Counted from the stretch's first letter, positions 39,541 to 52,621 are shown. The stretch is DNA of 64,000 nt from Enoplolaimus lenunculus (GCA_030248215.1 JASANG010001649.1:434001-498000), one strand, 5' to 3'. Notes: generated by a model from the letters alone, not told the origin. Translations and numbers: made by a program.

Positions 39541-41205
39541 GAACACGTTTAATCTACTGTTACGCCTCTAAAAGTAACATTGGCCATAAGCTCTATACGG
39601 TGAACATAGAGTTATAATCGTAAAATTAAACAGCTAACGCGTAAAAAGTGCTGTTAGTTTTACAAATCTTTTGGCACACATATTACCTACGTACCGGGAC
39701 ACCAGTGTACAAAATTTAAACAAAAGAGGTCTGATATTACTTGAGTACTAAAATGCAAACAAAACTAGAAATGCACACTTGAGATGCGCGAACCATTTAT
39801 GTGAACACTCGTGTTCATATGATAAATTCCGATTTACCACGCCTGCTAAACCTTTTAAACTGTAAGTTTTAAAAGTGTTTATCAATGTCAGGTGGCGAAC
39901 ACGTATATTTTTCTAAAATTAAAAACTTCATCGGAAGGAATCTTTACATATAAGTTGCTATTGGAATCAAAACGTCTTCAGAGGGTACAAATATTCTGGG
40001 AGAAGTTGTGTCTGTAGTTATCTTAAAAATATATATGAAGTGACTGGGGAAATATTTTTTCTCAAACTTACTGAAAAAATTTCGGGCACGTGGCCAGAGG
40101 GGACCATAAATTGGTTCAGCCCCGTTAGAAGAATTTTGCACCCATCTGGAAAATTTAGAACTCTGTTTATAAGTCATCGAAAACCCTTGTATGCCCATCT
40201 TGAAAAATGTTTATCCTTGAGCTGGCTATGGGCCTAAAAATCTGTTGTGTCTTAAATTCCGCTTTAGCACGCCTACCAAGTGTTTCAAACTGTAAGTTCT
40301 AAAGTGTTTATGAATGTCAGGTGGCGAACACGTATATTTTTGAAAATCAAAAAACTTCAGGATTTATGGGCAAGCATTTTTGATTAATTTGCTACTGAAG
40401 TCGAAAATTTTAAGATTGCACATGACAGTGCAGTGGTTCTGTTGAACCTACGATAAGACATCGCCTGACAACTTTCGCTCAGCAGTGTCCTAAAGCCTAT
40501 AAATCTAAGTTTAATCGTAAGTTTAATTCTTTAAAGTCGAACAAATTTTGGATGATCAGATGTTGGCCGGCGAGTTAGCGGCGATGAATTGCCGTGATAC
40601 CGGCTGAGTGGCTAATTTTGCTTTACATTGGTGAAAGCGGTGACCTTTTTGGTGCGGCCTTGATTCACAAGTTTTCAAAGTTGGGTCAACTGCCTGGAAG
40701 CTAAAGCATTAGCGAGAACTAAAATAGCGGATTGCCAAAGGCAGAAATATAGAACCTAATTCAGTATTCGGAACCACTTAAAACAACATTATCTCACTTT
40801 TCATTATATTACTTATTAGTGCACACAAGCTACATTGTCCGGCATGCGATATTTGGTAAAATTTCGGAATATCATATGATATTCCCATAAATGTCCCATA
40901 GTGTCCTATGATATGGCTGTTTGTATACGATGATTACTGGAGATCAGGGATTTGTAAGCCAATGTCGTGTGACATTCACATTTTGTCGGCATAACCGCTA
41001 TTCAGATAAACAACATTTCACGTTGCCGTTGAATCAACATGGACCAAACGGGTTCCGTGCTGTCGCAGTTACAACGTGATCCCCGTAGAAGAGATGTGAC
41101 TTACACAACACAAAAAGTGGGTAAATATAAAATTAGGTGCCGTTTGGCTGGGTTAGCGCAGTGGAGTTACTGACTGGCTGCACAAATGTGCTATAACAGC
41201 GACTA

Positions 41206-41651
41206 CTGTAATGACCCGAATAATAAGGGAGACTGATATTTATTTGGCATCTCCAGAGGGTACCCCCCTTGTTATTCGGTTACGGACTGTTATTTATTTT
41301 TAACCCACGCTTCGCCGCCCTTCGTTACTAATATATATCCGGTACTGCAATTATCCGTTAAATTAAACGATTATTTGTCATGTGTCAATAGCTTGAGCGA
41401 TAATACTACGTTATACTTAGGAATGTACTTTCAAAATTTAAGTACGCTTTAAAGTTTCGAACACAAATTATTTGGTCCTGGAATCATTCATGCGCTACAA
41501 TTAGGGTTAATTGACAATTATGGACTCTAATTAGGGTTTAGGGACTCTATCTGCTTACGGACTCTTTTTAGGGATACGGACTCCTGTTGATCCGGACTCA
41601 AAATGGGGACCCCCCTCTTATTACCCACCAATCTTATTCGGGTCAATACAG
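41206..41651 (-). mobile_element. Same pogo/Tc2-like MITE, copy 2 (inverted)
   Basis: Reverse-complement homology to 28003-28435 along its length, with TA flanks. Confidence 0.9.
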
Positions 41652-43015
41652 TATACCACTAATTTATTGTGCTGAACTTAGCGTTCAAACCCGTTCATTA
41701 AAAGTTCGATGATACCAAAGGAATTTCTCGACATCTAAATTACAACTTGTGAATTCGAATTTAAGGTTTGCTTTTTATTACAGTTACAAATGTGTTTTTG
41801 TGTTAAAAGAGATTCAGGACTGAAGACAATGATCATATTTTTGGTTCCTTTACTTTGAGATTTCATGAATGGCTGTTAGGTTTCCGTATTTCGCGATTAC
41901 TTATGGTATAAACATCGAGGATAAATTAGATTGCAGATTAGGTTTTAGGTCTGTTTTAAATGTACAGATCTGTGTTAGCGCTTCATATTACTTATATTTA
42001 AAAACCCTTTTTAGCGTCTGCCCCTAATGTTTTCGAAAACTGACTACAGCTACAAAAATAATCCTTAAAGTTCGAGTGTAGAATTTGTTTTAAACAATTT
42101 CGAGCAAAAATTGTTCTATATATCGTATTCACAGCACACAATTCTTTGAAATCAGCCGCGAGCGAAAACAAACATTGCCAGAGGACGGTGACACAAAATA
42201 TTATTTTTAATTCGCATATCAACTATATGCTTCTTACCTCTATGTGCAAATATACAAAAAATTCTATGCATAAACGCGCTACTACACCCCATTCTATGTA
42301 GTTTTTCACCAAACTGTGTATATATTTAGCGCCGTTTAAATTTCCTTTGAGAATTTAAAATAGGTGATCATCTATTTCTTGAAAAATGCCTATCTTGGTT
42401 ACACCACAGCAACAGTTGTTCGCAAGATGTCTGTGATGCTACATGTGCCAACGCTTAAATTAATATATTGTTTATTTAAAAAAAGAATTCCAAAACCAAC
42501 CCAACAATGGTTATTTTAAATCTTAAAAAATGCGTGCTTACTACTACATTGTGCGGCCGAACTGGTATGTATAACCGAATTCTGTCTAAAATTCAAAAAT
42601 CCAATGTGTTGAAACTATTAAGTAATGGAGCCAGGATTTCATGTACACAACGGTAGAACTTTATTGTCGGGTAGACGAATGCAGCCAATGTATTCTGAAG
42701 CCTGTGAAAGTGTCTTTTTTCCGGTCTGTCAATAAAGTTCGGAGCTGTAGATATATTTTAGTATCCATGAGCTTGTATACGCCCCTGCAACAAACGAATT
42801 ATACGTGTAGGTGTTGGTATAATTTTTGGCATAAAAACATAATTATTTTGCTAAACAGCGTTCCTTGTGCCTCATTATCACGCTGTGTACAGGGACGTGA
42901 TATTTTTGAGGCCAAAACCGCAAGGGAAATTACACGGTAAATAGGATTTAGTTTGAGAGGTTTTCAAGCAGTGGTGGTAATGAAAGCTAGTCAAGGAATG
43001 GGTCAAGTATATATA

Positions 43016-43459
43016 CTGTATTGACCCGAATAAGAGGGGGTAATAAGAGCGGGGGTCTCCATTTCGAGTCCGAATCAATTGGAGTCCGTATACCTAATAA
43101 GAATCCGTAAGCGGATAGAGTCCCTAAACTCTAATTAGAGTCTATAAATGTCGATTAACCCTAATTGCAGCACATAAATGACTCCAGAACCAAATAATTT
43201 GAGTTCAAAACTTTAAAGCGTACTTAAATTTTGAAAGTACATTCCTAAGTATAACCTTGTATTATCGCTCAAGCTATTGACACAAGACAAATAAGCGTTT
43301 AATTCAACGGATAATTACAGTACCGGATATATTTCAGTAACGAAGGGCGGCGGAGCGTGGGTTAAAAATAAATAACAGTCCGTAACCGAATAACAAGGAT
43401 GGTAACTCTCTGGAGAGTCCAAATAAATATCAGCCCCACTCTTATTCGGGTCACAACAG
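43016..43459 (+). mobile_element. Same pogo/Tc2-like MITE, copy 3
   Basis: Colinear with 28003-28435, with TA flanks. A further partial right end lies at about 36331-36400. Confidence 0.9.
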
Positions 43460-45048
43460 TACGGTCACTCCTCAACCTTGAATTGAATAAAAATGCTAGT
43501 AGCACGTTTAAAACTTGTGTATATGAACATCTCTAGTTGTGGTTCCGGTAAATTCTCAAAAATTCAATTATTAAAATATGGTCCTTAGAAATTAAGCATT
43601 TTACTAAAAAATGACGATAAACATGAAATAGATTTCATTAGTATTGGTAGAATATAAATTTTAACAGTTAACGAAAAAATCATCAAAGGTAAATTTCGCT
43701 TCCATCGATAATGAAAATCGAAAATAGAGCAGGTTAAGTAAATCCGTATCTGCAAATAAGGTTATTTCACCGATAATATTTCAAAAAAGAAAATTAAAAT
43801 GTATTTTTCGGCAGCATATATACTTTTTAACTTTTCGGTTCCGGTAATTTTTTCAAATTCCGGTTCTGGTTCCGGTAAAATGTACTTGAAACTAGCACCG
43901 CTTATAATTCGTTGAAACATAGCGTTCAAAGGTTTTTTTAATTTTAAGACGCAGCCTATGTGTTCCGAAAAAAAGTGGCACTGACGCAAAAATAGGCTCT
44001 TGGGCTGTTGCATATGTAGCAGAGTGTAACCGTATATCCATTTCTGTGTCCGTTTCCGGTAAAAATCGGCGTCCGTTTCCGTTTATGCTTCCGTTATAGA
44101 AATATAACGGAAATTATGTTATTTTTACGTTCAAAATTATTTATAAATCACGTATATGTCTCAGTATTTTTTGTTACAGAAATACTGCAATCGTTCGAAG
44201 TAAAATAAGAATTACGAAATTCGTCCAAAACCTAAAAAATTTCGATGCATCCGCCATTTTTTCTTCGAAATTTTTGAAAAACCGGTGAATTTATGCACGC
44301 CTCTCAATTGTGTTCGCAGAAAAATAAAACATTTTTAAAACTTTTATACTTCAATATCCATTTTCATTTCTTTTGCTCACTATCCGTTTCCTGATATATA
44401 CATTTCCACCATATTTATGCTCAGGCTTCGGCTCAACGGCTTACATTTAGGAAAAGGTTTGCCTATACTAAACCGTAGTTTTAACCGATGTCTAAGCCAT
44501 TTAACATCTAAGCCTTAATCTAAAAATATTAAATGTTGGTCGTACAAGAACCCGAACATTTTGAGTCTACCAGGATTGTCTATATGGTTGATTAGTATTC
44601 ACAAGCGAAACATAAAAACTACCGTAGATATATTTAAACAATAAATTCCGTAAGCTTAAACATGTCCGATGTTGACGCTAAACAAAGAACATATATAAAC
44701 GCGACGTTCTCTACCCATCGACGAGCGTGGGAAACTTCATAGCAGTTGTGTCTTAAATAACCCCTGTTTTCATATATACTCAACAGAATAAAACTATTGT
44801 TACACATTCGTGGCAGTGAATCAATTTCTATTATCACTACCATCACGGTCGAGCCCGTGATGGTTGCAGAATATCTGGCGGGCCCCTGGCAAACCGAATT
44901 GCTACTATTAATACTGTGTTTAATAAATTTTTTATTTTTTAAGTCTCGTTTCCAGGATGTACCGTTTTCGCTTAGGTATTTGATTTAGACTATATTTTGC
45001 ATAACGTATGTATGATTTTTTGACCTAAATTATTTAATAACGCCACAC

Positions 45049-45376
45049 CAGGGTGCAACCGGAGCCGGAGGTCAACGAAACTTGCCTGAGGTGAGGCGAA
45101 ATTAGGTAGTAAAAATGATGGTTAATTAGTTAATTTTAGCCAATTTCTGCAATATGTTGTTAAGTTGTTCGGTTTTACGTTAATTTTCTGCAAAATTTCG
45201 GAAATTCTTTTCTGAAAATTGTGGCAAAAGTAAAACGAAACGCGCTAAACAGATAAATTTTGCAAAATTATGCAAATTTTTACTACCGAAATTGCCAAAG
45301 CCTCGGGCAAAAATTCTACCGAAGCCGGAAGCCGATTTTCTGCTGGAGCCGGAAATAGACCTCCAGTTGTACCCTG
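45049..45376. mobile_element. hAT-type MITE (CAGGGTGCAACCGG ends)
   Basis: TIR CAGGGTGCAACCGGAG / CTCCAGTTGTACCCTG, with 8-bp TSD CGCCACAC / TGCCACAC. Related ends at about 54126 and 63030-63075. Confidence 0.85.
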
Positions 45377-45419
45377 TGCCACACGTCTGCTACGCCACAT
45401 CTTCGGCTTAAGTGTTTAC

Positions 45420-45797
45420 CAGGGTGTAAACAGGATGTCAGAATTCTGTTATTTTTATGTTCAAAATTAATTACAAATTAGTGATGGGTATGGGATATTT
45501 TTTTCATATCCGGATATCTGAAATTAAATTTTTTATTTCGGATATCCAAAACTCGATTTTGCGTTTTTTGGGTTTCCCAAAATCAATTTTCTTTTTTAAG
45601 CTCTGAAAATTTCGATGCATTCGCCATTTTTTATTGCGACATTTTGGAAAATTGATAAATATATGAAGGCCTCAATTGTGTTGGCAAAAAATAAAACATT
45701 TTTGAAAGTTTATACTTTAACATTCGTTTTCCGTTTTCATTTCCGTTATTTTCATTATTATCCGTTTCCGTTATTTTTGCTATCCATTTACACCCTG
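45420..45797. mobile_element. hAT-type MITE (CAGGGTGTAAA ends)
   Basis: TIR CAGGGTGTAAA / TTTACACCCTG, with 8-bp TSD GTGTTTAC / GTCTTTAC. Related sequence at about 12990-13040, 22590-22905 (-), 44020-44400, 61718-61985 and 63741 onward. Confidence 0.85.
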
Positions 45798-47551
45798 GTC
45801 TTTACTCTTGGTTCAGAATGAACGGTAAGGTTTCGTAGCTTCAGCTGAGAAATTGGAATGTGTTGTCCGGCTTGGAAAACGAAAAATGTTAAAAATTCGT
45901 GGCGCTGAAACTGGAATGTGCTGCTCGGCTCCGAAACAGAAAAACCGAAAACTTCAAGCGCATACGTTTTTGTTCCGTTTGGTAGGGGGAGAGATTTGCT
46001 TGGTGTGGCTGAGAAATTGGGATGTGCCGTACAGTTTGGAAAATAGGAAAAATGAAAAATTCAAGTGCAGAGGTTTGGTAGGATGGTGAATCTGTGTTGG
46101 TTTGGCTGAGAAATTGAGATGTGCCGTTTGGCTCGGAAAACGAGAAAAAAATGGAAAATTTAAGCGCATATGATTTCGTTTGTTGGTTTGGCTGGGAAGC
46201 TCCATTATAATTTCAGCCAGAGGTTCCATATCTTCCGTTCCAAAACGCGGATGGCCCAGGCGTTGGAATTTACCATTTTTCGGTTTTCCAAAAACCTACG
46301 CCTCTGTTTTTCCATGCCAATCCCCTAGCCCGGAAAAATCATTAAGCGTGTCAAACAGGTGTGCTTGTGCTGCACTCCTGGCGGTAGATTTTCCGCTTTA
46401 GAAAATAGGAAGTACCTATTCTAAACACGAGCCAAACGATTTCAAAAGGAACATAAGTTTCTAAAACATTATTGGTTTACGCTTTGGAACTGCACAACTG
46501 GCGGATGCAGAATTCCTGATCGAAAAAGGTTGCGCGATATGCGGTACATTGATAAGAGCATGGGGTACTTTTACACTTTTACCCACGTTTAAGGGTAAGG
46601 TTTTATCTTAGGCTTCGTCTTAAGCATAGAGGTAAACGTTTTATGCAAAAGTTCGAGGCTTTAGGCTTAGGTATTAAAGGCTGTTTTGAAACAAAAGCCT
46701 CAGAATAAGTTAAACAAAAGCCTCAGAACAAGTTTGGTGCAATCTTAATACATCATAAACTTTACAAAATTGTAATTTTGATTCATGTTCAAAGGACATG
46801 TCTTCGAACTCACTTGCCAGTGAACTGGATTGGAAAATGGGTCCTTCGTTTCAATTCCACGACAGTGCAATTAGACGCGACTTTTTAGAATAGTTATTTT
46901 ATTTGATAGTTAAACTGAAAACCATAGTTAAAATATACCTGTAAACCAGTAGCACCTGATCGCAATAAAACACAACAAAAGGTACGACCAAGTGTTCTAC
47001 ATATACAACAGACATGACGTTCGCGGAACCGTGTAAAAGTATTTTACCAGATTTAGCGAACCAGTTCTACCGCGCAAGTATAAAGTGAAAGCCGACTGAT
47101 GGAAAAATTATAATTTAATATTTAAGATTGATCTTTTATTATAATGCAGCCTGGAGGAAAAACTCTGAATCTACCATATTATATTGAACGCGTTGAGCTG
47201 AGATAAAATTGCTTGGATTTAAAAAGAAAGTGGTACTTTTATCATGAAATTAATATCGAATAAAGCGTACCTTGTTTTGTGAAAAAGTATTTTTAGATAC
47301 TGACGCAAGTTGTTATTTTGTGCTTCCTAGTTTTATTTTTGTTCTCTTGAGAGCTTACAAGCCCTAGGATCATCAGTTTACCATAGGATTTAAAACTAAT
47401 GAATCAATAAGTAAAATTTTGCACGAATATTTTCGTTTTTAGCAGACATATATTATTTTTAAGCTAGGAATCAAACCGAGGTCTATTTTGCGCAGTGGTG
47501 GCATTGCTGCGCGAATAAAAATATATAATGAGCTAATGTCCGCCCAAGTTA

Positions 47552-47761
47552 CACTGCAAAAAATGGTGAGTCAAATTGACTCCCTCCGAAATAGGCTCTA
47601 CGGGACTACACAAACTGAGCCAAATTCGACTCCAATAGAATCAAATTTGACTCGCTAAATCGCACGTTTGACTCTGGCGGAGTCGAATTTTGACTCAGTT
47701 TGTGTAGTCCCGTAGAGCCTATTTCGGAGGGAGTCAATTTGACTCACCATTTTTTGCAGTG
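47552..47761. mobile_element. TA-flanked palindromic MITE (CACTGCAAAAAATGG ends), copy 1
   Basis: Near-perfect TIRs of about 70 bp and a TA TSD. Almost identical to 62720-62929. Confidence 0.93.
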
Positions 47762-48068
47762 TAGATTCCACTGAAATTCAATATAATAAAACCAAACTAT
47801 GGTCGAATGTTTTCGTTCTAAGGAATGTTTGGAAACGTATTTTATCTGTCGATGCAATTCAGCAGGGATGTTTCGCTAAAATATTTAAATTTGGCATGAC
47901 TAAATAGTTAGCGAAATACAGTGGGCCAAAGTAGGTTGTGCTCAATAAACCGCAATTTAGCTATGTCAACTTTGGTTGAAATTCTATGTTGGAAAATTTA
48001 TAACCACTTGAATGTATAAATTTGCAACAATCAATAAATTTTAAAATGTAATTTCATAACGAATTATT

Positions 48069-48435
48069 GGCTGGGTGTCAGAAACGAGTCTTAAGTACTA
48101 TACAACATAGTACTTAAGTACCTGCTAAGTAATTACTTAACCATTTTATTGTTTTTAAAAGCGTGCTTAAGTTAATACTTAATTTGCAGGCTAAATTTTA
48201 TACATTTCACATTTACAGTTCAGGCATATTAACATTGTTATAATTAAAATTGTAGACTCGTGAAGCATCCTTAAGATAAAACAAAACTATGCCTTTCTTG
48301 TACCTAGTGGTTCCCGTCTGGCTTTTGTATGTATTTGCTCAAAAAGTTAAGTATTTATTTAGCTAAGTCGAGTATAACTTATAGTAATTCCTTAAGTAAT
48401 TAGTTAAGTTTAAGTAAGATTTCAGAAACCCAGCC
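48069..48435. mobile_element. MITE with GGCTGGGT TIRs (PIF/Harbinger-like)
   Basis: Ends are GGCTGGGTGTCAGAA / TTCAGAAACCCAGCC, with ATT on both sides. The interior is rich in CTTAAG. Confidence 0.6.
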
Positions 48436-48719
48436 ATTGCCGGCCAAAGCAGGATTCAAAAAAATTTCGCTGGGTAAAATCCAAACTTTGACCCATGTTT
48501 TAGGGTCGTAAGGTTTTCTGCTGGGTATACGCCAAAGAGTATGTACACTTATGCTTAAATTTTAGTTTTTTTGCTTAGAATTAATAGGCTTATGTTTACA
48601 CTCAACGCTTAAGATTTATTCTTTAGCTTGTGCTTTTTCTACCGTTACGGCCCTGAAACTAATACTGGTTCAATCTTTGGTCAAAACGTTTAATTCTTAG
48701 CAGCGATTTGAAAGCCAAC

Positions 48720-49860
48720 TAATACAATGCAAAAAAGTTGGCCACACTGTAGATTTTACTTTAAATATAACGCAACAGATGTAAGCTTCGTGGAGGGGGC
48801 TGCAGCTACAAAGGCAACAGGCTTGTATATTGAAATGAGTATATATACGGGGCTATCAGATTACAGAGATGTTGGATTCGGGTGCGCTTGTGTCATCAAT
48901 GCACATATCGGCGTACAAGAAATGTTTTTCAGATTTACCTCTGGATGAAACTGCTAAAATTTCCTGCAGGACGTATATTAACCAGATAGCGCAACAAACC
49001 ATAGTATGCCTAAAGTACTGAGGGGAGTTAATCATGGGAGAAAGATATACACGGCTAATATTCAGATTGCCCCAGAGATACAAAAGGCGCTATTACTTGG
49101 GGACAACATGTTGAATGATTTTACTATTACGTTGGACTGTAATCGATTTTTAGTGATGGTAAACCGAAGAATCGTACGATTATGGCGAGCTCGCCAGCTG
49201 GTACGAAATGGGAACATGGATCACGGATGGATAAAGAACGTGAGACCGGAAGAACGGATGAATAACTTCTATAACAGAAAATTGGTACAGCCGGAATATA
49301 ATAAAGACAAGAAGCGGGTAATTACTGAGGGAAGACAGCTACTTACCGGCTGTGCCGAAAGGGGGTAAACCGCCTTCGACACAGGGAGTAGAGCAACAAG
49401 CGGTTGTGGAAGGAAAACACATACCCGCTGTGCCGAAGGAAGTGAACCGCCTTCGACTCATAAAATTAACATGGGAATAGAAAAACAGGCAACCGCAAGA
49501 GAAATGTATACACTGGCTGTGCCGAAGGAGGGTGATGCACACCTTGGGCACAGGATACGAATAAACAGTTGAAAATTGGAGAAGTTAATACACCGGCTGT
49601 GCCGAAGGGGACGAACCGCCTTTGATACAGGGAGATACTGTTCAAAATGTTGCAAAGAGAATACAGACTACTTAAGAAAAAGTAACAGTTGCCATTGTGA
49701 AGCGAAGGAAGCAGGATACAGGTCTGGGCGCGATACCACCAGAAACTAGTGATTGTGTGTTGCCAGGAATATCGGCGAAGTTGAAAACGGAAACGGAATT
49801 GTTGATGGAACCGCAGTTCGAGTCGGAAAAACTTATCGGACGCCTTGCTGATTCGTAAGT
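48720..49860 (+). pseudogene. Degraded LTR-retrotransposon (Ty3/Gypsy-like) gag-pol relic with a retropepsin domain
   Basis: Frameshifted pieces: QCKKVGH (partial zinc knuckle, about 48725), EMLDSGALVS (D-S-G aspartic protease motif, about 48870) and ALLLGDNML (retropepsin C-terminal LLG motif, about 49090). No RT or LTRs were seen. Confidence 0.6.
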
Positions 49861-50164
49861 CGCTGGTAAAGAATGCGCAAGGTTACGTGTAGTTATCAGT
49901 ATTTAATGTCACTCACACGTTACTATACGTGCACTCGGCACACAAAATGTACTTTCCCAAAAGAAAATTAATAGCTTGTCCGGCTTATGTTTTATCGAAA
50001 CTCGTTATTTCAAAATTGATTCATGCCAGTCCCGGACATCATATAGTTTCGGAGAAACTATCCGGACAAGACTAATTTTCTGTAACATTGTCTAGGACAT
50101 TGAAATGTTTAAAAGCAGTGTAGTGGACAATATCTTTGTATGATAGACATACTACTGACACCTT

Positions 50165-50590
50165 AACGGGGAAATTCAAAGTTTGGCGGGAAAGTTCGAA
50201 TCTTGGCGGGAAATTCAAATTTTGGCAATTTAAATTTGGCGGAAAAACTTAAATTTTGTTGGAAAATTGAAATTTTAGCCGAAAAATTCAAATTTTGAAA
50301 GGAAAATTTAAATTTTGGCTGCAAATTTCAAATTTTGGCGAAAAATTCAAATTTTGGTGGGAAATTCAAATTTTGACGGGAAAATTCAAATTTTGGCGGT
50401 AAATTCAAACTTGGGCGAGAAATTCAAATTTGGGTGGGAAAATTGACATTTTGGCACGAAATTCAAAATTGGCGGAAAAATTTATGTTTTGGCGGAAAAT
50501 TCAAATTTTAGCGGAAAATTCAAATTTTTGCGGAGAAATTCAAATTTTGGTGGGAAAAATAATTTTTTTGTGGTAAGTTCTAATTTTAGT
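50165..50590. repeat. Degenerate minisatellite, 19-20-bp unit AAAATTCAAATTTTGGCGGG, about 21 copies
   Basis: Read directly from the sequence. Confidence 0.92.
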
Positions 50591-52621
50591 GAAAAACTGC
50601 CAAAATACTTTACCACCCTTTTGGTAATACATCTTAGCGCTTTCCGGCGACAATTTAGACTGTTAAAAATGTTCAGTTTGCCACTTACATAGAAGGTACA
50701 ATTTACAATTGTAGCTAGAGAGTGTGGACATAAACAATGGTTTGCTTCGCTATTGGTATTTGCCCGCAGTCTGCTGTTGGATCATCCACGTAATAGTGCG
50801 CGCACTAGTGTAAAAAATTGTCCCAGGAACTCTGTAGGAAGGATGTTATATTAAGAACTAGTCTCTTTGCAGACTACAAGAACAACGCAGACATTTTGCT
50901 TACAGGGTCTCCAATGTCACTACACTCACAAAACCCAGTGCACAATGTCCTTTACACTGTAACGAGACACTGTTCGAATTGACTATTGTTGTACATTTGT
51001 TATAGCAGAAGCTATGCACAAAAAATTAAAGTTTAGTTCGTAGAAACAACACTGTAACGAAAGTCTGTATTTTGTCAGTAGTCCCTATCGAGGGACTCTG
51101 TTTTGTCCTTACTCCCTTGCAACACTGTCAAGACAAAACCGGCTTTCTAAGTACAGGGTGTATGTTGTCATCAGGCCCTCGTTTTAGCATCGTTTTTGAC
51201 ACTGGTCCTAAGGGGGTGGGTGGACAATTTTTTTACAACTGTGAGCGGATTATTACGTGGATGATCCATAGGGACTCGGACAAAAACATGGCGTGTTTAG
51301 GCGGTATGAACATTCTAGGTACCGCGGTAGACAATTCGGACAAGCAACACGTCGTATTCCGCAATCATGCAACATATACATCTGTTAAATACAAGCACAG
51401 TTTTGTGTGAATGTCCCTTAGACGGACTCAGTAAAATTGTATACTGTGCCATACAGTATAGCGACAAAAACAAGTTTTATTGTCGTAAGGTTAAGACATA
51501 TATAAGCTTTCCACTATGGCTATGTTTATTGTCTGCTCACTGTAAGGTTAAGTAATTCGCGTAAGACATACTGTCTGAGACCAGTCTGTTCACACAACGT
51601 TGATCCTAGGAGGGGCAGGACAATTTTTACTATTTCGCGAGCATTTATTATCATGGATGCTCCATAATATAGAAGTGAATCCAATTTTTGTGAGCTGCAT
51701 CTGAAGTTTGCTTTTAGTGGAATTAAGTCACGGAAGCACTATGTGAACGATTTACGGAATTTACAGCTTGTTACCTCTCGCATACAGGGTGCGCAGTGCC
51801 TACGGCGTAAAACAGGGAAAACTTTGGAAAGACTTGGATATTAAGTAAAGAACTGAAACTTAAGTTAGTAATTGATGCGGGATTCACGTTATAACCGGGG
51901 CAGGCGGGACACGGTTTGTCAATATGTTGATTCGACATCAATGTTAAAATTTGGGCTCTTAAGCCGTAAAGCATATAAAATCACGAATTTTTCACAAGTA
52001 TCACAATTGCCGCGATATCCCGGATTTCCATCCAAGCTAAAAACAAAAACACACCTTTTCACCCAAACAAAAAATCAACGCGTTTAATATCATTTCTTAC
52101 CACACCGTTCTAAATATTCTTTAACAAACCAAATGAAAACGTATGCGCTTGACTTTTCACGTTTTTCGTTTTGTGAGCAGAATGGGTCATCGAATTTTCC
52201 AATCAAACCAACCAATCTTACCCTTCATACTTAACGAAGGGAAACTTATTCGTTTCGATTTTGAATTTTTAAATTTGTTCATAAAAATAGCATGCTTTCC
52301 GTTTTAGCTACCAGTTACCGGAAAAGCAAGTCTTCTAACAGGGTCACCGGCTCACTCTTATAGTGGAAACTACTTGGCTAGGCAAATGTATATTTTAACG
52401 GTTCACAACTTTTTGGTTATGTGAAGGTTACTGCCTTTTTCTTTGCGCTAAATCACGACAATGCCTGTTATACCTTGTTTTACAGGAAAACACAGCTTTT
52501 GAATGATGCATGGAGTCTAATAAAACTTATGTTGATGCTATAAATCGGTAAAAACGCTGGTGCATAAGTCGGGTTGTTATATCGAAAGGTCATAGTACAT
52601 ATAAGAACCAAAATATATACT

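Noticed and set aside
49350..49630. CRISPR array
   Set aside because: The context is eukaryotic with no cas genes, and there are only four divergent repeats embedded in a retrotransposon pol relic. Kept only as a hairpin array.
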